DNA from: Takakia lepidozioides
Taxonomy: Eukaryota; Plantae; Bryophyta
NCBI GenBank assembly: GCA_030704615.1
Contig: CM060734.1
Location: forward strand, 43,276,001-43,340,000
Direction of reading: 5' to 3'
DNA length: 64,000 nt
Below, one piece after another: positions 38,141 through 49,086 of this stretch. A model generated the notes under the pieces. The model was not told the DNA's origin. It made no database searches and saw only the letters and a list, made by a program, of their open reading frames with translations. Each line of letters opens with the position of its first letter. Position 1 is the first letter of the stretch. The position numbers were made by a program, and so were the translations under genes.

Positions 38141-38916
38141 ATGACTAAGTGATTTGAATGTAGTATTAGGACATCTAGTGAACAGAATAACATGTAATGG
38201 CAAGCCTAGAAACCATGGCTGGAGGTTGCCTTTCATATATGCTTAGCAGTCTGATTGCACAACAAGAGCAAATAGATTGCAACATGGCCTGACACACTCA
38301 CCACCTGCATGGAAGGGAAGTCTGCATTTGCTCTGCAGGAAACTGAGGTCTATTCTGTACCCCAGGGTTTCAAATAGTATAAGGAGTCTATCCCCAGGGG
38401 GATGACAACAGAGAACCCATCAGCCAAGTCCAACAAATACTGTTGGGGACTTTATTGCAAAGCTCAAGGTATGCCTAACGCAACAGCCACCATCCTCCGA
38501 TCTCCATAAGGTCTGAAGTCAACCTGCCATCGAACCTCGGTGTCTTCCAACCCTCTCCCCACGGCACACAAGATACCAGAATGTATTGAGACAAGAGTCG
38601 ACAAAGTTTGTTCCGGATACAAACCACTTCCATTAACGATCATCACTCTGTACCTAAGTCTGGGGCCCAGAAAGATGAACCAACAGATGATCAAAACCGA
38701 ACCAACTTCGGTGTTTGCAAAGGAAAGGCCAAGATAAACCATCGAGATACTAGCCTGTGTGAAGCATGTGAGGTGACAAAGATATGCGAGTCGTTTACAA
38801 TTTGAAAAATTCAAACTTGTTGAGGCAAGCCCTAAATGCTTGAGCGGGATGTTAAGGTTTGGGATCGAGAGAAAGACTGGATACCGTCTTGAGATCGAGA
38901 GAGAGATCAGGCTGCC

Positions 38917-41848
38917 ATGATCAAGCGGCAGTTCTACGCAATCGATCATCCTGCGGGGAATGATGCAGATGCGTCATCCTCCTCATCGTCCTCGTTGGAC
39001 ACTGGATCCGATGGCGCCGCCTCTGATCAAGAGGATGATGCCGCTTGGCCAGGTATGTATGCAGCGGTGTGTGTTTGCCAATAAGCAAGAGATTATTTTG
39101 TGGAAATGTATCATGTGTCCAGGTTTGAATTCCATTTCAGGTTGCTGAATGGTACTGCTGATTGCTGGATGTCGCAGCGTCCAGCCATGAGAGCGACGAA
39201 AGCTCGGAGGAGGTAGAAGACGAAGTTGTTTCAGGTGAACACAGCAAACCAGAGCTTTTTGTCATATGCCCCTGCCTGTGCCTTCTGGAGTAATGGAATC
39301 TGGTTGTCATTAGGGCCTCTGAAGGACGAGCTATTTCTGTTGGGATATGCATATTAGCAGGCACTGGGCCAAAAGTCACTTTCGTTCTGCAAAGAAGGAA
39401 CTTGCATGAACGAAGATGGGTTAGTTCCATTATTTTGTCGTAAAAGAAGCAAGGAACAGTACTCACATGAGATCTCTCCAAAAGGACGTCCTCCAGCAAG
39501 GAGTCTCGCATACAGTCAAACTGTAGACAACACACAGGTTTTCTTCTGGCTTTGCCAAATAATCTGTCAAGACCTACAGTCCCATCAGGTGAAAGACTGC
39601 AGCCTGAGGATCAATCTGAGGATGAAGAGGGTGGTCGGCGCGCATGGGGGCCCGGGAAGAAGGAAAAGGGGGTTGACAGTAGGGGAAATCAACAAGTACT
39701 GCCAAATCAGTGGGCAGAGGCTGTGGACGAAACAGAAAAGGAGCGAGTGGAAGATGGTCTGAAAGACTCAATGGTGATACGTCTGGGTGGAGTCCTCAAA
39801 TGTCGGCTATGTGTAAAAATTGTTTGTTTGTCAGAAGACACTATGAGAGCCCATCTGAGCTCCAAGGTAATTGGCAGGGAACATATCGTAAATATACCAA
39901 GTTACTCTTCTTAAGTGTATGATTCTTGAGAATGTTTATGAAGGTTTAGGGAGTCCATAAGGCATTGTCCCAAACACTTGGGTTGAGAGAGAGATAAAAC
40001 AAACTCAAACTGTGATTCTTGGCCATTACATGGATTCAGAGAGTTGGGACCATGATATAACCCATCTGTGTTGGTTGGCTGTAGATCTCTTGAGGCCAGC
40101 AATGTCTGGTAATTGATTTTTACTCTAGGTAGCGGCAATCATGAAGGTTGAATTGATTGTTCAGCAGGAGGATATCACTGTGGTGTCGCAATGAGCAACT
40201 CAGTGGTATTTTAACACATATGTCTGCTTTTCATGCCGAAAGTAACCTGCCCCTAGAGAGGTTTAGGGTTTAGGATTTAGGAGCTGGAGGGGAGCGGGGA
40301 AGTACAGCATACATAAGGCAACTGCTTGAGTGTGGCGCGTGGGTGTGATGAGTTTACCTTTTGTCACTTGGAATTGGCTAGGGCCACAGCCGATCTCTGA
40401 GGCAGCTGGCAGAAGGAAAGCTAAGAGTTACACTGGACAGTGATGGAGACGAAGCAGAGGAAGAAGAGGATGGCGAAACTCATGCTGAGCGTTACGCTCG
40501 CGTTCTTGCAACCGCGCAGGTTTTTACTGGGCTCTTCATCCATTATTTCTTACACTGTTGAAAAGGGCAAAAATTTCCTCTTGCTGTTGGTTAGTTAGTA
40601 TTGCCAAAGCAAGATTGTCTCATTATTGGCGACATCTATTTCAGCTGAAATCCTTAGGGCCTATTGTTGGCTGACAATACTGGGTTTTTATTGAGCATGT
40701 CCACAGGCTTGTCCCACATTAAAATGCAGATAGCTGCAATAATCAGGTCGTTGATGCCGCAACCGTAAACTTTTCCTGGGTATCATCTCCAATTGGGTCG
40801 ATTGGGTAGTGAAGCTTCCATGTTGCAACTGCCTTGGATAGTGATTTGTAGAATAAATGGACCTTCAATATTGCTACGTAAAGCCAGTTTTAGTAACACA
40901 AAAATGCAAAATTCCAGCACTAGTGATAAATTGGACTCAGACATGATAAATAAGTTACAGCAATTTGTCTTTGTTAAACATGCAGACACCATCCATCCTC
41001 TAAATCATGGTCACAATAACGGACACCTGTGTGCTGCAGCAAGAGCCGAAGCCTAAGAAGAGAAAACAAGATTCTGGACGTCAACGCCAGAGAAAACGTG
41101 CGAAGCGAAAGGTATGAAGGTTCTTATCTACACCCTTAAGGTGGACTTGTAAATGATGGATTCATGCTACTGAGCAGCAGCCATCAGGGATCCATTTCAA
41201 AGGTCAGTCTGATGTAATATTACTGTCGAATCTTAGTAAGGCTGCAACACTAGGTGTCTGCAGACCTATCAGGGCAAGAACTAGTTCTCCGGCCGGTAAA
41301 TAGCCATCTTGAAGGGCTAGCACAGGATTGCAAGCTTTTTGTCTGACGATTACCCCGCAGGCTGCATTGGAACTAGCATTTTGGCAAACTGGCAGGGTGG
41401 TAGGTATCTTTGTCAACACACTGAGAGCAATGGATCGATTGTGGACTGAAATTTGGAGTTAGCTACAAAGAGAGAGTGACCTCCGGTAATTATGCTGATG
41501 TGTAATATATAGCAGGCTCTTTTAGCTGCAAAGAAAGAGGAGCCAGAGTTACCCAAAGTTGAGAAGGGTCCAGAGAAGACTGGTGCTGTGGGCAAGGTGT
41601 TGAAGCCCGGAAAAAAGCCTATATCAGCAGGTACTCAAAAGAAGGGTGGTGCTGCAAAGAAAGAGGAGCCAGAGTTACCCAAAGTTGAGAAGGGATCAGA
41701 GAAGACTGGTGCTGTAGGCAAGGTGTTGAAGCCCGGAAAAAAACCTATATCAGCAGGTACTCAAAAGAAGGGTGGTGTGGAAGTTAATGGCAAAAGCAAG
41801 GAAGTGAGAGTGAAGCCGCCCAAGTCCCGGACGAGGCCTGTGCATTAG
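38917..41848 (+). CDS. Conserved uncharacterised plant protein: acidic N-terminus, C2H2-like zinc finger, Lys-rich C-terminus
   Basis: Exons about 38917-39052 (MIKRQFY), 39178-39234, ~39589-39865 (KCRLCVKIVCLSEDTMRAHLSSK), 40382-40519 (GHSRS...ETHAER), 41040-41111 (GRQRQRKR) and ~41516-41848. Confidence 0.8.
41525..41776 (+). repeat. 126-bp (42-aa) near-perfect coding tandem duplication
   Basis: GCTGCAAAGAAAGAGGAGCC starts at 41525 and again at 41651. Confidence 0.93.
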
Positions 41849-42710
41849 TGTGGTTGGTCTTTTAATGTTAAGGTTGAATTGCGAGTAGGTTACCTGGCAA
41901 GGCTTCCTTAACAGATCAGAAACTAGGAGAAAGGTTTGCACCCAAGGACTCTAGTGTGAACACTCAGCATGCAGTCTGACCATGCAACTTTCCAACCCTT
42001 GACTACAGTTAGATGCTTGATTCCCTTATCTCAATTCTGAAGAGCTGGCCATGTCCCTTACATATGCTCAGTGAAAGGTGACTGTATATCTGTTTTGAAT
42101 ATGCATGCTGTGGGGTCACTCTCTCACAATTATGGCCCATTTTCCAATGTTCTCCCATCCCATAATTCCCCAGAGGCTGTAATCTTCTGTTCCTGTGACT
42201 GGAGTCCTACAACGCAGTAATATCATACCCCAGTAACTGTTCCTGCCTTCCATGCACCGGCTGCATGATGCATGCAACAAGCTTAAGATTCTTGTTTTGC
42301 AGCCTGTGGCGGCATTGGTCTTCCAAAGAACATATAGAATTGTAGTCAAATCCATCTCTCACATTTCTTACATACTACCCATGTGTTCTGCATACACTGG
42401 ATGGATAAAGATCTCCGGCTAAACATGGCTATTGGGTGGCGAAATCTGGCCATACGCCTGATCTGGATAGCGAGAGTCTGGCTGTCAGCGCACAAGGACG
42501 GTGCCTGCACCTGACCTGTGCATGCATGGATATGCACGGGACGAAGCTGGGCTTGGAGATTTGTGGGTCTGTAAGATTTGCTTGTGCGAGGCCCTACAGA
42601 TTGAGAGTGGGTTGGAGTTGAGATCCGTATGAATTCGAAATGGTGGCTCAGCGTCATCTTTTGAGATTGCTAGGAGCTAGACTACATCATCTTCTTTGCA
42701 GGTTTTAGTG

Positions 42711-43466
42711 ATGACGATGGGGAGGAAGAAGGACTACCTCGACCGGTTGGTAGTTTTTCTCGCCAAAAGGGATGGAATTGATAAGCTGGTCAAGACATTT
42801 CAGTACACTGGTAAACTTGCACACTGGCGTTTGCAAAGTCGGGATCCGTCCCTTGCTGATCGATTCAAGAAACTTGAAATAGCTTCTGGATTAAGCAGGA
42901 AGGCGTTTCGCACGGGAAGATTTCTGACGGGATTCAATGCCCTCCGCACTACTCCCAATCCCGATCGGGCGCTTCAAACACTTGCAATTCTTGGAAATGC
43001 CGGGGAGATGGTGTATTTCTTCTTTGACCATTTTTTGTGGTTGGCAAGGCTCGGTGTCCTTGACTCTCATCTTGCACGTAGATTCTGTTACATTTCTGCT
43101 TTCGGTGAGGGCTTTGGCTATATCTTCTTCATCATAGCTGACTTGATTTTGATCAAGCGAGGAATGGAGACAGAGATGAGACTTGCGAGAGAGCTTGCAC
43201 AGCTTCTGGAGACCGAGAAGCTGGGAGTTTCACCCAAGGCTGTCCCCCTGACAGAGCAGCGACAGGAGCTGAAGGCTAAGATTGCAGGGATCAGGTTGCA
43301 AAGGGTGATGCAAGTCATGGCAATCGTTGCCAATGTGTCTGATTTCCTGATTGCTCTGAATGATGTGGATCCCAATCCTTTTGTGAGCCACACCATCACC
43401 TTGGGTCTCAGCGGGCTTGCATCAGCGTGGGCTGGCTGGTATAGGAACTGGCCAGCTCCTGAATGA
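42711..43466 (+). CDS. PEX11B: Peroxisomal membrane protein PEX11B
   Basis: Uninterrupted ORF with LVVFLAKRDGIDKLVKTFQY, ASGLSRKAFRTGR, GEMVYFFFDHFLW and SAWAGWYRNWP. Confidence 0.93.
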   Translation: MTMGRKKDYLDRLVVFLAKRDGIDKLVKTFQYTGKLAHWRLQSRDPSLADRFKKLEIASGLSRKAFRTGRFLTGFNALRTTPNPDRALQTLAILGNAGEMVYFFFDHFLWLARLGVLDSHLARRFCYISAFGEGFGYIFFIIADLILIKRGMETEMRLARELAQLLETEKLGVSPKAVPLTEQRQELKAKIAGIRLQRVMQVMAIVANVSDFLIALNDVDPNPFVSHTITLGLSGLASAWAGWYRNWPAPE

Positions 43467-44144
43467 AGAGTCTGAAGAGACTGGCTACTTGCAAGTTGTG
43501 AAGCATGAATGGGCTGCAGACACACCCAGAAATCCTGTCAGTTTCATTTGCTTTGTACACTGAAAGCTACAGACAGCATTTGAGAGGTAGCTCAACTCTT
43601 CAACATCATGTGGATGGAGGGTGTCTGCACTCTTGGTTAGGAATTTGGAATCTTTAAAGCACAATCTGTTAGATGGATGGATGAGTTAGCATTGAGGTCT
43701 TGGGATTTACAGTATGACCTTTGAATTGGCTCATTTCTTACATTCTATTTTCTCCCATCAAATTATGGGAAGTTGGTACATGAGAAGTGTACTTGAAGGA
43801 TGGAAGGGAAGGAAGGGAGACTCTTGCTGCCGGTGTTACTTCATCCGGTAGGGTAGAATTCACATGTGCGATTTTGGAAAAATGAGAAAAAGAAAAAACA
43901 TCGGTCAAATCCTCCCCACCTCTTCACTATGGGATATTGGTGTAGCGTCCAATAGTCTATTGGTAAGGCAATGATGATAGTAGAATGAGAGGTGCAAGGT
44001 TTGATTTTTGTTGGATTGTTTGTCACCCCCAATCCATATCATCTACGAAAGTGATGAACGGCAAGGTGGATATCACCTTGGCCCAACATATATCGCCCTA
44101 GCTACAAAGGGATGTACGGGCGTATCTAGACAAGGTGGAGACCC

Positions 44145-44415
44145 ATGACAAGTGGAGGACGAAGGGCCATGGACCTTCAACAAGCCCACGAAGCACAAAG
44201 CACCCGCGTACCAAGGAGATGGCCGTGGAGTTTCGGCTTCATCGGTGACGGCAGACATAACATACTGGAAGATGTAATGCCAGTAGTCCAAGTGACAATT
44301 GGGAAAACCAAAGTACCAAACCTACTGTTGGATGGAGGGGCAGGCATTAATATCATGGCGGGAGGGCTTATGGAAGCAATTAGGCTTACCCAAGCCGACA
44401 TCACCCCGTTCCGTG
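44145..44415 (+). mobile_element. Ty3/Gypsy aspartic protease (retropepsin) relic
   Basis: MPVVQVTIGKTKVPNLLLDGGAGINIM matches the retropepsin LLD(G/S)GA active-site motif. No RT follows. Confidence 0.65.
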
Positions 44416-44929
44416 TCACTCTCGTGTTGGATGTCACTTCGAACTCTTCGTATTTTTGTACATCGTCAAATTTCGTGATACCAAATGGGAGTTTCACCAA
44501 TTGGAGTGACGCTCCCTCCTGTGTCAATCCGGTGTCGAATGTCACTCCGGTGTCACTCAAACTATTGTGTCACTCCAATCTATGTCACTCTTGAGAAGTG
44601 GTGGGGAAGATTTGACATGCTGGAAATCTGTCAGAGACCCCATGTTTTATATCTTATATATATTTTCAATACTCTATCCTTCCAAGGTGTTCTTTTCAGA
44701 GTTATGTACTTCAATGGAATTTGTATTTTCAGCCGCTCCACTCATATTATAAATATAAACACCAGTAAGTGGCTCAATTGGATAGGCTCAATCTGCCCAC
44801 CAGAGCTGCATATGGGGATGGATCAGAGGGTCAAACCGGGCGGGACTTAATGGATAACTTTATTGAGTGCCACATGATTTTGGGTGCAAATGACGCTGCC
44901 TTGTTGAGTGTGGTATAATCTGACAACCA

Positions 44930-44990
44930 AGTTGTAGCCTAGTGGTAATGGGCAATACCACCTCGGAAGTGGTTGTGGGTTCAATCCACC
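44930..44990 (+). other. tRNA/SINE-like Pol III box pair
   Basis: TAGCCTAGTGG (A-box-like) and GGTTCAATCC (B-box-like). No cloverleaf. Confidence 0.35.
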
Positions 44991-45001
44991 GATTGGTGTC
45001 A

Positions 45002-45286
45002 CGTTAAAAGCAGGTGTGGCGGATTCTGCCACTTTTTCAGCCTAATTCTCAGGCCGTATCGGCCACCCAAGGCATAATTGGCAGGGATGGCCGATTGCGC
45101 ACAGAGGACAGCAGACCTACCACCGAGGCCCATGTCATCGGCCAGCAACCCACCCGCCTTCCCTTGAGGCTCGCCCCCTTTATATCCTCTCCGGGGCTCT
45201 GAATCTGGGCAATCGATATGGGATAATCGAACCTCAATCATATTGCGCCACGTAGCGGCGAGAATCCGCCACACCTGCTTTTAACG
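45002..45286. repeat. Perfect 26-bp inverted repeat pair
   Basis: CGTTAAAAGCAGGTGTGGCGGATTCT (45002-45027) and AGAATCCGCCACACCTGCTTTTAACG (45261-45286). Confidence 0.93.
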
Positions 45287-45721
45287 CTAGTGGCCGCGTT
45301 TGGCCGACTCTGCCCTGTGCGCGGCCATAGGGCTCGCCCAAGGTAGAATCGGCCAAACACGGCCCGTTCTCTAGTTACAAAGGTGTGTCCTAGCGGAAAG
45401 CAGTAATCCTTCCGGGTGAAGAGACCAGTGGTGAACACACAAGAGACACCATAATTTACGCTTCCTTTGAGAGGCGTCAAATATTATTATTGCTATTATT
45501 ATTATTGGTATAATCTTCTTCCCCTTCCCTCGGGCAGTGTCCCTTGAGCCTCGTGCCCGGCTCTTCATGGCGAGGCTATTTTGAAAAAGATTACTTTCTG
45601 TCAAGCGGACTGAACGGAATGGTCGAAAACCTATAGAATTGTCAAGGGAGATCGGTTCGTAAACCACTTCAAATATTATCTCAATTACTTCATTTTAGTT
45701 GGAACTGCCGAGAGAACTTTT

Positions 45722-45857
45722 CCTAGTGGGTTTCATGTATCCAGGTTTTTGGGATGCCGTCTAATGTTTTTGTTTCACCATCAGGGCCGCCTAGTGGGTT
45801 TCATGTATCCAGGTTTTTGGGATGCCGTCTAATGTTTTTGTTTCACCATCAGGGCCG
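45722..45857. repeat. Perfect 68-bp tandem duplication
   Basis: CCTAGTGGGTTTCATG...CAGGGCCG at 45722 and 45790. Confidence 0.93.
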
Positions 45858-47014
45858 CGTGCTTCGCCCTGGGATGGACTTAGACGTTCGTACGCCAACT
45901 TGATTAGGTTCTCTTTCAGTAATCCTCTGGAATCATGTAACTATCAGAAGTTAGTAATAACTATCATCAGAACTGTTATAGTCTGAATACTCATAAGGTT
46001 GCCAGTCCTTATTCCCAAGGCTATGAACAGTGCTATTAATTGGGGAGGATTTGACAGGGGACCTGTCGGAGGAGCTAACGTTGTTCCCAAGGGTCCCACC
46101 ATAATGTGACAAGTCGTTATTAGTTGGGGAGGATTTGACATGGGACCTGTGGGAGGAGCTGACGTTGCTGGTGGACACCAGCGAAAGTACCATCTCAACT
46201 CAGATCTCAGATCTGATCTGATCTCAGATCAGGGTGTCACAATGCCACGTTATCGTCTTGGATTTTTTTGAAATTGAAAAGAAATCTGATGAAAACTGTC
46301 ATTTTCATTATTTCTTAAGCTGCCCGGGAAGGGGAAAAACAAATTGTATTTAGATTTGTTTTTTCGCAAATGTGCTCTACATAGTAATATTACAGTACTT
46401 TATTCTTTTCTTTTGTTTCTTCGCACATTCAATCTGAATTTTAGGGCACTTATATATATATATATTAATTAGGATAAAACCACGAAACAGAAATCAATGG
46501 TTTACCCACTTATTAAAACCTCACAAGTTCAACCCTTTGGTTTCGAGCACCATACGTAAATTAATGAAACTGGCCACGTTTTTTCAGCAAGATTATTTTT
46601 ATTTTCTCCTCATTTTCCTTACTTGAGTAAAAGGGCTTCTCTCCCCTTTCTTTTGTTGAAAAAATAAAAATAAAAACCATTCACATGCATCAAGCCCATC
46701 AATAGACCGTAAGGCTGGGGCGGTTCCAAATAAATCCGAGGGCCTTCTAAAATCAAATCAAATCAAATCGAAAAGGAAAAAGAAAAGAAAAAGAAGACAG
46801 GCATCGATACTATGTCCGATGCCCAGTACAGCTGGCATAGACAAAATCATTCGTTAAAGTCATCCATCCAAGAGGTGTGGTGGACAGACGGATGCTGCTC
46901 ATGTCGTCCATTTATCCATCCATCCATACCCTCCGACATGGTGGTGCACCCAAGTTACCGAATCGAGGCACGCCATGTGGCGCCCACAATGTATGTTTCC
47001 AAAGTGAGGACTCG

Positions 47015-47298
47015 CAGAGTTTTCTTGCCGGCGAATTTTCGCCAAATTTCGACCTTAGAAAATAAAATGGAATATTCTGTCTCAAATTCCCTGTTTTTTC
47101 ATGGTGAAATCGCCAAATTTCTCCAAATGAAAAATAATTTATGGATGAATTCACCAAATATGGATGATATGAATGGATTTAAGTACGGAAGTGGATGATT
47201 CTGTCCTAATTTCAGTGGATGAACAGAATGTATGGCTATTTCTGTGCCAAACTCTGTAGCCACTCCGGCTATTTCCAAATTCCAGATAGAAAACACTG
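47015..47298. mobile_element. hAT-like MITE upstream of UGT80
   Basis: Ends CAGAGTTTTCT and AGAAAACACTG form an 11-bp TIR with 1 mismatch. GTGAGGA lies on both sides (left copy offset by a few nt). Internal GGCGAATTTTCGCC palindrome and GGATGA motifs. Confidence 0.6.
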
Positions 47299-48340
47299 GT
47301 GAGGAGGGTAATAAATGGCGAAACTCGGGCGAGCAGGCGATGCAGGGCTGCTCTCGCACATTCTGGTTTGCGTGAGAGAGAGAGAGATACAGACACATGG
47401 CTGCGCAGAGCTTGCATGCCCGTACCTCGCCTCTCCGTCTTGGGGTCGCCTGCTCCTCGCTGCTTTCATGTGATGTAAGGCTCTTGTTTCTGTCCATAAT
47501 GCGGAGAAGATGAGGTGCGTTTTTCGCTCCATTTCTGCTAAGGTACTGTTATCGGTTGTCTAATATTATTTGCGATCGGTGTGTCTGTTATGGTTGGAGT
47601 TAGTACGAGGAGGAAGCGGTCCATCATTTTTACGAAAAAGAAAATATGTGGAGTGCGAAATCTTTGTTTTAGCGTGTTCTCGGGCACATCCCGTTGGGGC
47701 TTGGTGACTGGATTTTTCCCCAAGCTTCCGGAAGCTTGGCGATGTGGATTTGTGTTGCGGGAGGACGTCACAGCCATCCTGTCATGCACTCTGTGGTTTT
47801 CCCCTCCTGAGCGTGCACTGCAAAAAGCAGTAATCTAGTCGCTTAGATCTTCCGAGGGTTGCAGTTCCCCTCTGTCGAAGGTTAGCACTTTGAGCTTGGA
47901 GAGTTTGCGTACTTTGCGGGTAAACATGGCCTGTGCCATGTGTGGCAATTGCTTCAGTAGGCTGGACCGTTGAGGGTGGCACGTGAATTTGCGTCTATTT
48001 TGTTGCTCTATGTCCCAGCTGCGCGACTACAGTTAGTGTAGGAGACGAAGGGACAAATTCACGTGAGCATTTGAGCTGAGAAGTTCGTCATGTCATGTTG
48101 CAGATTGTGGTGAAGCCTGATATATCAGATCGAGCAAATTGTGTTTGGTTTGGCCAAGAGCTTGTCTTGATAAGGTAATTTCGTGACTGTGTCTCTAGTT
48201 GTCTCTAGACCGAGTGTCGAAAGGACTATATGGTGAATGGCCACTTGGTTTGGTTAATTGAAAATCGAACCTCTCCAATACCACAGAATCCATGTTGAAA
48301 GGAAGTTTATGCTCTTTATGCTGTACTAAAATCCTGGAGA

Positions 48341-48810
48341 TGTCATGATCCCCTCTCCTGAGACTCCGGCTTATGAGAGGGGAACCTCTAATGTCGCAGC
48401 AGAGAAAGTTAAAGACATTAAAAGTAACTCTCTATTTAGAGAGGCTTTGGTCTTAAATTAAAGCTAGTCCATTATGGGACTACTTAACATATATAGTAAA
48501 AGTAGGTCTAAAAGGCAAGTCTTTAGTGATTGCTTCTAGCCTAGCTAGAACTATATAAGAAGCTCGGGGTGGAAGCCACAGATCAATTGTTCCACTGTGT
48601 GCTTCTACGGTTGGGTGGAGAGCTTCTATACAATCCTTATTATTGTTCTATCTACGTTTTTCAACAATGATGACAACCGATGGGAGTCAGGGGACACATA
48701 CACACCTCCGGAACAAGAATGGACTCCGCACAATACTCATAACTCTACTGCTTAAGGTTGTGGACGCCATTGGTAATTACTTTGTTACTCCCTCACTCTA
48801 GGTCACAACA
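48341..48810 (+). mobile_element. Possible degenerate solo LTR
   Basis: Imperfect inverted TG..CA ends (TGTCATGATCC ... GGTCACAACA) and an internal CTATATAAG at ~48551. No matching TSD. Confidence 0.4.
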
Positions 48811-49086
48811 TTACTTCTGCAGATATTTGATTCTGGCATCTTGGGGTCTCCCAAACAGTATTAAATTGGGAATATGCAATTCATAATAGAACTTGTTTTT
48901 TGGTGCTTATGTTACCAGCTGAAGTGTATAGGACTCCAGCACAAAGAAAGAGACACGTGGAGGTTGGATTGACAAGAATTAGCTTCACAATGCCAATTAA
49001 ATACTGACAGCCCCTGATGGGTCCTCTTACCCTCCCCCTGCTCCCTGCTTTTCTGCTTCCTCATCTTTTTCTCCCTCATCTTCTTC

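Noticed and set aside
38464-38949. 161-aa minus-strand ORF
   Set aside because: Overlaps the start and promoter of the + strand gene and has no recognisable motif.
40259-40281. Telomere-like TTTAGGG repeats
   Set aside because: Only about three imperfect units in an intron; common telo-box-like background.
44997-46241. Clean solo LTR
   Set aside because: TG..CA-like ends exist, but the flanks (ATTGG versus ATGCC) are not a TSD and the internal order is inconsistent; reported only as a finding.
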